Shown piece by piece: positions 1-8,947 of a stretch of 64,000 nucleotides of DNA. The notes beneath the pieces were generated by a model. That model worked only from the letters and a program-made list of their open reading frames with translations. It was not told the DNA's origin and made no database searches. The stretch is from a virus. Lineage: Duplodnaviria; Heunggongvirae; Uroviricota; Caudoviricetes. The stretch spans positions 13,246 through 77,245 of the IMG/VR virus record IMGVR_UViG_3300013936_000013; one strand, given 5' to 3'. The translations under genes were made by a program, and so were the position numbers. Positions within the stretch are counted from its first letter, which is position 1; every line of letters starts with the position of its first letter.

Positions 1-115
1 CCTTTTCAGCTTCGATCTCATCCTGAGCATCCTCAATTGCGTACTTAAAGTCACGCATCAGGTCTTCAAAAGAGATACCATCATTCAGTGCGTCCTTAAT
101 ATCAATAGAATACAT
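1..115 (-). CDS. Hypothetical protein, partial (runs off window start)
   Basis: AAGGAG RBS then MYSIDIKDALNDGISFEDLMRDFKYAIEDAQDEIEAEK; promoter-like motif at about 205-237. Confidence 0.6.
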   Translation of the reverse strand, partial: MYSIDIKDALNDGISFEDLMRDFKYAIEDAQDEIEAEK

Positions 116-703
116 ATGTAGTCTCCTTGCTTTCATTTATATATAAATTTTCTTTGAAATGAGTTTACAGGTTTTGTCCTGTAGATTCCTCACTTCTTAC
201 ATTATTATTATAACAAAAAATTATAGTTTTTTCAAGCGGGCAGGGATTTAAATTTTGCAAGGGCAATATGGAACTACAATAGGTAAAAGTATTAGAAAAA
301 ATGATTTTGTGAAAAGATGTTGGAAAGTAGTTTTTCATTTAAAAAAATGTGTGCGGGAAACGTAGCTTAAAGGCGCGAACAACCAGCGTTAACTGCCATA
401 TGAGGATTAGTGATGCGGGTTTCGGGAATTAGGTCTAGAGATTCTAAAAAGCAAACAACTAGAAAAAAATCCCATATGGGTCTAGATTCGGGGAAGTCGG
501 GTCGCTACAGCCAGTCGCGACCCGTTGCTGTTATAACATACTTTCAAAACTTTGTCAAGCCTAAATTTTGCATAAATTGACGGAACCCATTTTAGTTAAT
601 TTTGTTGAAAAATGCGTTTTGTGAATAAATTATCATTTTTACAAAATCTTGGCTAAAAATAACAAAAAAGGAGCGGTTTTCCGCTCCTAAACTGTGGTTT
701 TTA

Positions 704-1093
704 TCACTTTTTGTTGGGTCTGTGGCAAATAAGAGTAATAGAATAGTCATTTTCACCAATTTTGAACGTAACTTCACGCTCAATCTTAGGAATTTTTACA
801 TCTTTCACCTCTTTTTCGCTCAAAAGGTCAGCAATCCACTGAATAATTTCACGCTTTTCCTCATTCGGCTTGCGCTCTCTAGCTACGCTCGCCCGCTTTT
901 TTGCGATACCATGGTCAGGCTTAAACGCCTTGCCTTTTTTATCCAGCTCTTCCTGTTCCTCATTAGCTTCTACGCCCTCATCCTCAAGCCAAAGCTGAAC
1001 TGCTTCCATCTTGCTGATTTTGAGCAGTTGCATCTGCTTAGACAAGTAGTCATCGGGGATATTGTACTTAGTTCCATTTTTGCTATACAGCAT
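704..1093 (-). CDS. Hypothetical phage protein (129 aa)
   Basis: ORF track; AAGAGG-type RBS; own promoter at about 1130-1160. Confidence 0.75.
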   Translation of the reverse strand: MLYSKNGTKYNIPDDYLSKQMQLLKISKMEAVQLWLEDEGVEANEEQEELDKKGKAFKPDHGIAKKRASVARERKPNEEKREIIQWIADLLSEKEVKDVKIPKIEREVTFKIGENDYSITLICHRPNKK

Positions 1094-1167
1094 TAACCGC
1101 GCCTCTTTCTTTAGCTCTTGTTTCTATACATAGTATAGCATACACAGGGCATTTTGTCAAGGGGTAA

Positions 1168-1692
1168 TTATAAATTTTTGCAGGCTTCAAAAATTTCATC
1201 TGCCTGCTGTAAATCAAAAGTTACACCCATGAATCGGTCATTCTTTACAAAAGTGTTGGGGTATTGCTTAATATACTTAGCTCTGAAATAACTCTCAAAA
1301 CATTCTGGCGGGACTTCTCCGCAATCATAGACCTTATCACAAATGATTTTAGTTACGCCTAACTTAGCATAGCTTTTGTAATGCTCTCGCATCCGCTGTT
1401 CCACTGTTCTAGTAGTAGTGCCAATCTTAGAAAAGAGTAGCCCTGAATCAGTGTAAGCCCGCATCAGATAAAAATAATTTGCGGTTTGCTTGAGCTTTTG
1501 CTCAATTTTGGTAATAGTTTTCTTGATGGGGTCAATGATATACTTCTTACTCCACTCTTGAGAAGAATGGAAGATTTCAACACAAATGTTGAACCACTTG
1601 TTCACCCATGTCTTAGAAGTGTGACCCCACCGATAAAATGCTTCCTCAAAATCACCATTCGCAAGGCATTCAGCCATAGTCTTTCTGCTCAT
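1168..1692 (-). CDS. GIY-YIG/T5orf172-like nuclease-domain protein
   Basis: C-terminal YFYLMRAY...FSKIGTTTRTVEQRMRE resembles the GIY-YIG/T5orf172 pattern; promoter at about 1719-1748. Confidence 0.55.
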   Translation of the reverse strand: MSRKTMAECLANGDFEEAFYRWGHTSKTWVNKWFNICVEIFHSSQEWSKKYIIDPIKKTITKIEQKLKQTANYFYLMRAYTDSGLLFSKIGTTTRTVEQRMREHYKSYAKLGVTKIICDKVYDCGEVPPECFESYFRAKYIKQYPNTFVKNDRFMGVTFDLQQADEIFEACKNL

Positions 1693-1931
1693 TTAACTTA
1701 CCTCTCTTTCAGTAAGTATAGTATACACCTTTGGCTATTGTATGTCAAGCGTTTTGGGATAATTCATTAAGCAATTTTGACCAAATTTTTGCCCGCAAAT
1801 TTGTGCAAGTAGCCTATTGATGCATAAAGCGTTTCGTGGCGCAAGAACACGAAACGCCAAGGGCTTTTTACACCCTTGGCATCTCGCAGAGCCTTATTTT
1901 TTAACCTCGCAGTTCACTTGCGAGGGGTGAA

Positions 1932-2357
1932 TCACTCCTCAATCTCGCCGTTATCCTCGGCATTGCCCTTAATCACCTCGTACAGAGAAACCTTCTTCTC
2001 TTTCCACTGGCGGACACGAGTGCCCTTCATCTTAGTCAGCAGAGAAGTGACACGCTGGGACGAAACCGCACCAGCCAGACGACCAGCGCAAGACTGACAA
2101 ATCTCACCGACAGTCATGGGGCGGTCAGCCGCTTCCATGACTTCCAGAATCACCTGCGAATCAGCATCGCCCGCAATTTGGGACTTAGTGGGCTTAGCAG
2201 AACCGCCAGCCTTCTTCGACAGCAGACCAACTTCGTGGTCAATCCACGCCAGCAGTTCATCGTTGGTCATCTCCTCGATGAACGAGCCATCACAGACCTC
2301 GATGCGATTGCGGATAGCGTTGAGAACCTGAACCTTAGTCATCTTAGTAGTAGCCAT
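1932..2357 (-). CDS. Putative winged-helix DNA-binding protein (paralog of 3807-4241)
   Basis: IDHEV.LL..K....KPT..Q...RPMTVGEI...SSQRVTSLLTKM pattern shared with 3807-4241. Confidence 0.6.
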   Translation of the reverse strand: MATTKMTKVQVLNAIRNRIEVCDGSFIEEMTNDELLAWIDHEVGLLSKKAGGSAKPTKSQIAGDADSQVILEVMEAADRPMTVGEICQSCAGRLAGAVSSQRVTSLLTKMKGTRVRQWKEKKVSLYEVIKGNAEDNGEIEE

Positions 2358-2676
2358 AAATACAACCTCTTTCTTTTGTTTGATGTGATTTTCGATGTTC
2401 CTCTTGGAACATCTTTATTATACCACAGATTTGGAAGTTTGTCAAGTGCTTTTTTTAGATTCGCAATCTTTTTGTTTCGCTCACTTGCGAGCTTCCTTGT
2501 CTGTTGTAATTATTATACCATAGAAAGTGGATTTTGTCAAGAGGAATTTTTATCAATCAAGATATTTCCTTTTGTCTTATTTTCCCTTTCTGTATATATA
2601 TTATACCATACATTTTCAAAAAAATCAATAGGTAATTTTGGGAATCAAATCATAGAAATTTTGGGCACATTTTCTA

Positions 2677-2705
2677 TTGACAAAATCTGAAAGGTGTGGT
2701 ATAAT
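2677..2705 (+). promoter_or_regulatory. Consensus sigmaA promoter driving a short hairpin RNA
   Basis: TTGACA-17-TATAAT with TG extension; no ORF downstream; hairpin at 2714-2740. Confidence 0.85.
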
Positions 2706-2771
2706 AGAATTTTCGCCCCGCAATGATAGAGCGCGGGGCGTCCGAAGGATGACAATAAAAAAGAAGGGCGA

Positions 2772-3011
2772 TTAGCCCTTTTTATAACCCTCTACAAAAG
2801 CCCCATCAACAAGATACACGTCTGTATCTTCAAAAGTGTAGTCACGCTCACCATTTTCAATACCAATGCAATTCCACATTGCATTATACTGGTCTTTAAC
2901 AGGCTGTACTTTCATATAAATTGGACCGTCAATAGTTTCCCTGTAAGTGCATCCCTCTTCCAGTTCAGAAAAGAGATAAGTATTTGCTTCGACTTCATTG
3001 ATAATTTTCAT
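2772..3011 (-). CDS. Hypothetical protein (79 aa)
   Basis: ORF track; GGGGGTG RBS; ends at hairpin terminator. Confidence 0.7.
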   Translation of the reverse strand: MKIINEVEANTYLFSELEEGCTYRETIDGPIYMKVQPVKDQYNAMWNCIGIENGERDYTFEDTDVYLVDGAFVEGYKKG

Positions 3012-3023
3012 GTAAGCACCCCC

Positions 3024-3353
3024 TTAATAAACACCATAGGCTTCAAGCGCACGATGCGCCAGCTCTAACAGACAATACTCACCCTCATTGTCCTGCATAA
3101 AATTTTCAATTTCTTCATTCACATCATGGTTGCGGTCATTGCGACAATCTACCAGCTTGCCCTCTTCATCAAAAGTAAACTCAACATCGCAAGCGCAATC
3201 CTCTCCATCATCCACATAGAAAGTGACATACTTCCTGCCGTCATGGTCATACTCGTGCGGATAGGCGTTGTAACCTACTTCGGATGCGTTCTCATCCATC
3301 CGCCGTGCCAGTTCCTTAACCAACTCATAATCAGTAACCTTAGAGAAATCCAT
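3024..3353 (-). CDS. Hypothetical acidic protein (109 aa)
   Basis: ORF track; AAGGAG RBS; perfect minus-strand promoter at 3381-3409. Confidence 0.75.
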   Translation of the reverse strand: MDFSKVTDYELVKELARRMDENASEVGYNAYPHEYDHDGRKYVTFYVDDGEDCACDVEFTFDEEGKLVDCRNDRNHDVNEEIENFMQDNEGEYCLLELAHRALEAYGVY

Positions 3354-3405
3354 AGCTAAACCGCTCCTTTCAACACTCTTATTATATCATATTCTTAGGC
3401 TATTG

Positions 3406-3597
3406 TCAATAGCCCAGAATCTGAATTTTGTGGATGGGATGCTTGACATCAAACTTATAATCATGCCAGAAGTTACGAGCCATCTCGCGGATTTCCTCTT
3501 CACTCTTGTACTGAGAGCCATCAACCAGAGTGCGGAAGCACTGAAGCTCATCGCCATCAATATACCAAATCTTAACAACCACAGTATTCATAACCAT
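3406..3597 (-). CDS. Hypothetical protein (63 aa)
   Basis: ORF track; AGAGGAG RBS; TGA stop overlaps the -35 box of the next promoter. Confidence 0.6.
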   Translation of the reverse strand: MVMNTVVVKIWYIDGDELQCFRTLVDGSQYKSEEEIREMARNFWHDYKFDVKHPIHKIQILGY

Positions 3598-3806
3598 TCT
3601 CCTCTCTGTTTCTGTAATTATTATACTATATTTTTAGGAAAATGTCAATAGCAAATTTCAGCGACAAATCCGCAGAAAAATTGTGCAAGATACCTATTGA
3701 CAGGAAAAACGTCGCAGGCCGACAGTGCGCGCGACGTCAATAGGCAGGATAAACAAAAAAGCACCCTGCTTTTCAGCAGAGTGCCAAAGAGGATTGCGGT
3801 TAGGGC

Positions 3807-4241
3807 TTAGCCCTCGGTGACTTCCTCGCCATCCTCATGCTCGTTGCCCAGCTCGAAGTAGGCAACCTTTTTAACGTGGGTGGACTTCACCAGACCTGCT
3901 TCACGCAGTTTGATGAGCATAGCATTCATCTTCTGGTTGCTGGTAATCTCTGCCAGCTCTTCCTTGCCCTCGGTCAGAATCTCGGTGATGGTAGCAGGGC
4001 GGTCAAGGCGTTCCATAACTACCAGCACAGCATCCATCAGCTTCTTGTTGGCTTCCTGCTTAGCGGTAGGCTTCTTGAGCGAACCACGCTTAGCGTCCAA
4101 CAGTTCGACCTCGTGGTCAATGAAAGCAATCATGCTGTCATAGCCCTCGGCGGTTTCAGGCAGAACCGCCTTAATCATTGCGAAGTAATCACGCTTGGTG
4201 AGCTTTTTGGTGGATGCGGACACAGTGTTCATGTTAGCCAT
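3807..4241 (-). CDS. Putative winged-helix DNA-binding protein (paralog of 1932-2357)
   Basis: LTKRDYF...IDHEVELL..K...KPTAKQ...RPATITEI...SNQKMNAMLIKLREAGLVKS..KKVAYFEL. Confidence 0.6.
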   Translation of the reverse strand: MANMNTVSASTKKLTKRDYFAMIKAVLPETAEGYDSMIAFIDHEVELLDAKRGSLKKPTAKQEANKKLMDAVLVVMERLDRPATITEILTEGKEELAEITSNQKMNAMLIKLREAGLVKSTHVKKVAYFELGNEHEDGEEVTEG

Positions 4242-4572
4242 AGTACGTTACCTCTTTCTTTTGTTTGGTTGATGTTCTTTGTGATTTAATTATACCACAG
4301 AGTTGTTGTTTTGTCAAGCACTTTTTTCTTTCTTTTGAAAGAATTTTCTGTTTGCTTGCTTTGACTTCCCTTACTCTGTATCTATATTATATCACGTTTT
4401 GTGCGGTTTGTCAAGAGGCTTTTTTGAATCTTTTTTGCGGGGGCTGTTGTCCTCGCTGGACTCTTAACCCCTCCTGACACTATGTATTATACCAGAAACA
4501 AGAGCAAAATGGAAGTGGCAAAATGACGAACTTTTGGGATAAATGCTGGTGAATATTTGTGCGGTTTTGCCC

Positions 4573-4601
4573 TTGACAAATCTTGCAGGCGGTGGTATAA
4601 T
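4573..4601 (+). promoter_or_regulatory. Consensus sigmaA promoter driving a short hairpin RNA
   Basis: TTGACA-17-TATAAT with TG extension; GC-rich structured tract and terminator-like hairpin follow. Confidence 0.85.
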
Positions 4602-4713
4602 AGAATAACGGCGGAGCCCGATTGAGGGCGGAGCGCCAAAATGCCCCTACCACCGAAGTGATAAGGGCATTAGGCTGAAAGGAAACCGTGAACAGAGAGG
4701 TAATAGGGAATCG

Positions 4714-4777
4714 TGGTGGGAAAGGTGGGTTTCGCACCCACATGGCTAGCTTGTTCTACTACTTGAACTACTCTCCC
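4714..4777 (-). ncRNA. tRNA-like RNA lacking the anticodon arm (64 nt, encoded 3-prime ACCA)
   Basis: Minus strand: GGGAGAG TA GTTC-AAGTAGTA-GAAC AAGCTAGCCAT GTGGG-TGCGAAA-CCCAC CTTTCCC ACCA = 7-bp acceptor stem, D arm, 11-nt linker, T arm, discriminator + CCA; promoter at about 4837-4866. Confidence 0.75.
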
Positions 4778-4868
4778 AGAAAGAGGGCAGAGGGTGCGCT
4801 AACCCTCCACCGCAGTTCCTCTCTTATTGCATTATCATTATACCATAATTTTTTTTATTTGTCAACTG

Positions 4869-5534
4869 TTACCACAGATATTTCTGCATCTTTTTGTGCT
4901 GGCGGTAACAGTGGGCGAGAATCTGGGTTTCAATCAAAACGTCCTCAAGACCAGTGTGCTTTTCAGTAAAATCCGCTTCACCGCTAATATAGCGGTACAG
5001 AATTTCAGCGGTCTTTCTTACCTGTCCGTTAGCGCACACATAGCCATTTTCTTTACACCACTTAATGTAGGTAGGTTGCTTACAAATGGTAGATTGTGCC
5101 ATTTTCATAGTGTCCATGAATCGAGTGCCGTAGGGGAAAAAGTAACGCTGCTTCGAGGAAGTTTCATAGCGTAAAGTCACATGGGTAGAACGATAATCAA
5201 ACCGTGCATTGTGAGCGCAAACATCGGTGATATGATACTTTTTCATCAAAGTCCAAACCGCCTGCCGAATCTGGTAGAGAGTAGCCATCTTGCGTTCACC
5301 CGCCCAAATCTGTTCCCAATACTGGGGAATTTTGTTGGCGTAGTATGCGGATTGCATCAAATCCGCACAGCCTTTGAAAATATCCTTGTTTACAAAGCTG
5401 GCGGTTTCATACACATTGCCATGAGTGTCAACAACTGCACAGCCAAGGTCATACAGCAGGGGGTCATTCAAACCGTTGGCGGTTTCAGTGTCAATCATCA
5501 GAATGTAGTGACGGCGGAAATCAATGTTGTTCAT
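4869..5534 (-). CDS. DEDDh 3'-5' exonuclease (DnaQ/epsilon-like)
   Basis: Exo motifs IDTET, AHNARFD, DTMKM, HTGLED. Confidence 0.85.
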   Translation of the reverse strand: MNNIDFRRHYILMIDTETANGLNDPLLYDLGCAVVDTHGNVYETASFVNKDIFKGCADLMQSAYYANKIPQYWEQIWAGERKMATLYQIRQAVWTLMKKYHITDVCAHNARFDYRSTHVTLRYETSSKQRYFFPYGTRFMDTMKMAQSTICKQPTYIKWCKENGYVCANGQVRKTAEILYRYISGEADFTEKHTGLEDVLIETQILAHCYRQHKKMQKYLW

Positions 5535-5626
5535 GTTATCAATCCTCTTTCTGCAATTCAGGCTTAACTTCTTTTCCTGACTGCTCTTATATTATACCAT
5601 AGGCTTTAGCTTTTGTCAAGCCTTAT

Positions 5627-5863
5627 TTAATGGAAAATAAAAATTCCTATCAACAGACCCAAGCCAAAAATTGCCAATCCAAACAAGAAATCATTGCGAT
5701 GTTTGTATTCATCAGTTTGCATCCATTCCCATTCCTTGCGAGCATCCCATAGATACTTGAACCACGACCGCTGTTCAGGTGTCAGTTTATCGGTATCAGC
5801 CAAAAGAACGTGGCTAATCTCTTCTGCGGTCATGTCGGAAAGTTCTTTGCCATTGAAAGTCAT
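5627..5863 (-). CDS. Small protein with C-terminal transmembrane helix
   Basis: ORF track; FLFGLAIFGLGLLIGIFIF; GAGAGG RBS and promoter. Confidence 0.7.
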   Translation of the reverse strand: MTFNGKELSDMTAEEISHVLLADTDKLTPEQRSWFKYLWDARKEWEWMQTDEYKHRNDFLFGLAIFGLGLLIGIFIFH

Positions 5864-5983
5864 GTTTGCTACCTCTCTTTATTCTGTTGTATCTCTCACT
5901 GGATATAGTATATCATATCTTGAGCCTATTGTCAATACCAAGTTTTAGGATGTGGGCGGGCATTTATTTGTGCAAATTTGCTA

Positions 5984-6012
5984 TTGACAAAACCTGTGAG
6001 CTGTGGTATAAT
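5984..6012 (+). promoter_or_regulatory. Consensus sigmaA promoter driving a short hairpin RNA
   Basis: TTGACA-17-TATAAT; hairpin CGTGCCGC-N11-GCGGCACG at 6020-6046. Confidence 0.85.
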
Positions 6013-6093
6013 AGTAAAACGTGCCGCATTGACCAGAGGCGGCACGAAAAAAGCTAGGGTTCCATCTGCGCCCTAGCTAATTATACTATCTGT

Positions 6094-6390
6094 TTACTCG
6101 GTGACTTCTACCTCAAACCATTCGCAATCTCTATCATCAAGCCAACTCTCTGCTTCGCTTTTAGCCTGTTCTCGAATATCATCTTCAATCCGCTGTCTGC
6201 CTTTTTCAGTTTTCATCCGTCTATACAGGTCACAACAAGAGTAAAGGTCATTCACAGTTTCTGCGACCCAATCTTTGTCTTTCAAAAGTTCTTCAACACG
6301 ATGGTTAAAAAGCTCTTCTTCTACATCCTTATTCATACGGACTTCAACAGGCTCACCATCGACAATATGCACCCAAACAGTCATGTTCAT
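6094..6390 (-). CDS. Hypothetical protein (98 aa)
   Basis: ORF track; AAGGAGA RBS. Confidence 0.7.
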   Translation of the reverse strand: MNMTVWVHIVDGEPVEVRMNKDVEEELFNHRVEELLKDKDWVAETVNDLYSCCDLYRRMKTEKGRQRIEDDIREQAKSEAESWLDDRDCEWFEVEVTE

Positions 6391-6396
6391 CTCTCC

Positions 6397-6657
6397 TTAA
6401 TCACAGAAAATAATCTCGTTAGTTTCGGGGTTGCTAACATTCTCAAGGTCATTAAAACCGTCCTGCCTACAAGCAACCTTATCTGCCCATGCTCGAATTT
6501 TATCTTCCTCGGTATAGTCACATGGATAAGGGGCGTTCAGCGGGTCTTTCTCGTACTCTGCCCATTGCTCCTGATACTTGCGATAGGCTTCCACGATTTC
6601 AGGGGGTGCTTCTACCTCAATCTCATGGTAAGCGGAATAACCAATAGTCAGTTTCAT
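6397..6657 (-). CDS. Hypothetical protein (86 aa)
   Basis: ORF track; AAGGAG RBS; promoter at about 6684-6712. Confidence 0.7.
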   Translation of the reverse strand: MKLTIGYSAYHEIEVEAPPEIVEAYRKYQEQWAEYEKDPLNAPYPCDYTEEDKIRAWADKVACRQDGFNDLENVSNPETNEIIFCD

Positions 6658-6722
6658 ATTTCATAGCTCCTTTCGACACTCTTATTATATCACTTTTGGC
6701 TGTTGTTGTCAAGAGGAACTTT

Positions 6723-6980
6723 TCATTCCTCGACTTCAACCTCAGTCCACATTTCATTGAAAGTGTCCACAGCATCATCATGGATGTACTGGCGCATCTC
6801 TTCCAGTTTGCTTTCTTTATCGGATTCAGTAGCCATGAAATCCGCAACCAGACGGATGAAAGTATCCTTAGAGCAGGCATACTCAATATGGCGAGGGTCA
6901 GTTTCAATCTCGTGGATAATGGCATCAGCCTTATCAACAGACACGACACGATAATCTTCATTGCTCATGTAAACCTTCAT
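6723..6980 (-). CDS. Hypothetical acidic protein (85 aa)
   Basis: ORF track; GAAAGAGG RBS. Confidence 0.7.
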   Translation of the reverse strand: MKVYMSNEDYRVVSVDKADAIIHEIETDPRHIEYACSKDTFIRLVADFMATESDKESKLEEMRQYIHDDAVDTFNEMWTEVEVEE

Positions 6981-7096
6981 ACTTAGTACCTCTTTCTTTT
7001 GTTTAGTTCCTTTCGGTGATTATAGTATACACCTTTGGGGCTAAAATTGCAAGCCTTTTGGGAAAAATAATCTTGAAAAAATTTTGCAAAAAACTC

Positions 7097-7125
7097 TTGA
7101 CAAAATGCGTGCGGGATGGTATAAT
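7097..7125 (+). promoter_or_regulatory. Consensus sigmaA promoter driving a short RNA
   Basis: TTGACA-17-TATAAT; GCGGAGCCAAGC element, then hairpin TGCAAGGGC-N6-GCCCTTGCA at about 7166-7189. Confidence 0.85.
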
Positions 7126-7403
7126 GGAATAAGCGGAGCCAAGCAATTGCGCAGGGGACGCAAAAATGCAAGGGCTATTTTGCCCTTGCACCATATTATT
7201 TTTCACCCCTCATACATGGGCTTCACTTGCCCTTCCTTGTAAATGCTTGCGGTGGCAAGCCGTTCCACCTCTTTGCCTAGCATCATTTCCGCCTGATAAA
7301 CCAGCTCTTCAACGGTTGCATCCTCAACCGCTTCAACAGGGACAGACACCAGCAGATTCACACAGTATTCCATAGCTTTAACCGCCTTTTTATTAAGAGG
7401 GGC

Positions 7404-7838
7404 TTACACCAGCCCCCACAGCTCTTCCATCATATCGTTGGCATTGATTGCATCACCCAGATTCCACGCATCAAGGTTTCTGTCCTCGTCATCCACCAGA
7501 ATGGCGGTTTCAGCGGTGGCGACTTCCTGCTTAGGAGTGCCATACTTTACAACGTGGATTTCCTCGGCGTAGGGGAAGTATTTCGCCAGCCATTCACGCT
7601 TAACCGCCTCAACCTGTGCATCAAATGTGGGAGTGCCAGATTTGGAACACCAGCTAATCACGCCAATGTGATAGCCCTTGCTCTTGAGTGCCTGAATCAG
7701 AGTGAACATCTTGAGGGCGTCGAACAGAGGTTCAGCCAGTTCGTAGGGGCGAGTGCGGAAGTTCTGCAAGTCGTTCAGCCAGCCATTCACGCCATAGAAG
7801 TTAGCCAGAGTGCCGTCCATGTCAAAGTAGATAGTCAT
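7404..7838 (-). CDS. HAD-superfamily phosphatase, 5'(3')-nucleotidase-like
   Basis: Motif I IYFDMDGTL and motif IV ILVDD. Confidence 0.8.
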   Translation of the reverse strand: MTIYFDMDGTLANFYGVNGWLNDLQNFRTRPYELAEPLFDALKMFTLIQALKSKGYHIGVISWCSKSGTPTFDAQVEAVKREWLAKYFPYAEEIHVVKYGTPKQEVATAETAILVDDEDRNLDAWNLGDAINANDMMEELWGLV

Positions 7839-7916
7839 AATCTTTGCCTCTTTCTTTTGTTTTATCTCTCTGTGATTATATTATATCATAGGTGGTGCGG
7901 TTTGTCAAGGGGTTTC

Positions 7917-8111
7917 TTAAACTTTTTCTCCAACCAGCCAGTTGTTAAGCTGACTAAACAGGAAGAAGAAAATCAGCCCGATAATTGCAACAAACCAGTT
8001 CATACCATAACCAGCGAACAGGTTAGATAAGACCAACCAAATCAGACCGCCGTTGAAAATCATGCCGAGGATAGAAGCTACATACAGGGGAATCCAAATC
8101 GTGTTTTTCAT
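7917..8111 (-). CDS. Small membrane protein (2 TM)
   Basis: ORF track; two hydrophobic stretches; GAGAGG RBS and promoter. Confidence 0.7.
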   Translation of the reverse strand: MKNTIWIPLYVASILGMIFNGGLIWLVLSNLFAGYGMNWFVAIIGLIFFFLFSQLNNWLVGEKV

Positions 8112-8324
8112 TTTTATTACCTCTCTCTCTGTGATTATAGTATACCAGATAGGGAAGCTATTGTCAAGCGTTTTAGGAAATTTGCGGGTAGCAGATTGTA
8201 CAACTTTTTCCTAGAGAAATCTGTTGAAACTAGTCATTTTGCCTAAAGCGGCGCCACCTGATTGTAAGCGCGCCGCGAAAATAACCTACCTATGTAGGTT
8301 TTAATTACATAGGTAGGTTAAATA

Positions 8325-8597
8325 TTAGAACTTCTTTGCAGGCGCAAGCACCATTTCAACAGGTTCAACCGTTACATTAGGGTCAAACAGACGGACAAAG
8401 CCAGTAGCACAATTAACTGCGGGAATCTTCAAACCGTGACGATTGAAAATTCCGGGGTCATTGTTCAGCACCTGATAAACACCAACCTTATCACGCACAT
8501 CATCAGAAGTGCGCTGGCACATAAAATGAGTACCGACCTCAAGGGTCTTAATGGCGGGACGAATGCCCTGAGCAGGAAGAATAACACGTGCAATCAT
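8325..8597 (-). CDS. Hypothetical protein (90 aa)
   Basis: ORF track; AAGGAG RBS. Confidence 0.7.
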   Translation of the reverse strand: MIARVILPAQGIRPAIKTLEVGTHFMCQRTSDDVRDKVGVYQVLNNDPGIFNRHGLKIPAVNCATGFVRLFDPNVTVEPVEMVLAPAKKF

Positions 8598-8610
8598 AAA
8601 TTTTCTCCTT

Positions 8611-8748
8611 TCAAATCAGACCAACACAGTTGAAGAACAAACCAATCTCAATGAAACAGGCGATAAGGGCAATTCTATCGAATCCATGCTTCTCAATGTA
8701 ATAAGTGAGCCAACCCAAAACCGCACCAAGGATAATAAACTTAACCAT
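8611..8748 (-). CDS. Small membrane protein (45 aa)
   Basis: Manual translation MVKFIILGAVLGWLTYYIEKHGFDRIALIACFIEIGLFFNCVGLI; GAAAGAGG RBS. Confidence 0.6.
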   Translation of the reverse strand: MVKFIILGAVLGWLTYYIEKHGFDRIALIACFIEIGLFFNCVGLI

Positions 8749-8788
8749 TTATATTTACCTCTTTCTGTTGTTTTCTGTATTTATTATA

Positions 8789-8947
8789 TCACATCTTATA
8801 AGAGTTGTCAAGCTCTTTTTTTATTTTTCTTCGGGCTGACCGCTTGATTTTTGCTTCTAACTTTTGGCGGTTTCTGATGCGAACACATTTTGCATTAAGG
8901 TCTTGAGCTGTATAATCTTTAACGGTCTCACGCTTCATTTTATCCAT
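8789..8947 (-). CDS. Small basic protein (52 aa)
   Basis: Manual translation MDKMKRETVKDYTAQDLNAKCVRIRNRQKLEAKIKRSARRKIKKELDNSYKM; AAGGAG RBS. Confidence 0.6.
   Translation of the reverse strand: MDKMKRETVKDYTAQDLNAKCVRIRNRQKLEAKIKRSARRKIKKELDNSYKM

Noticed and set aside
4714-4777. Functional amber suppressor tRNA
   Set aside because: CTA is present but no anticodon stem-loop can form and there is no U33; no canonical tRNA was seen anywhere in the window.
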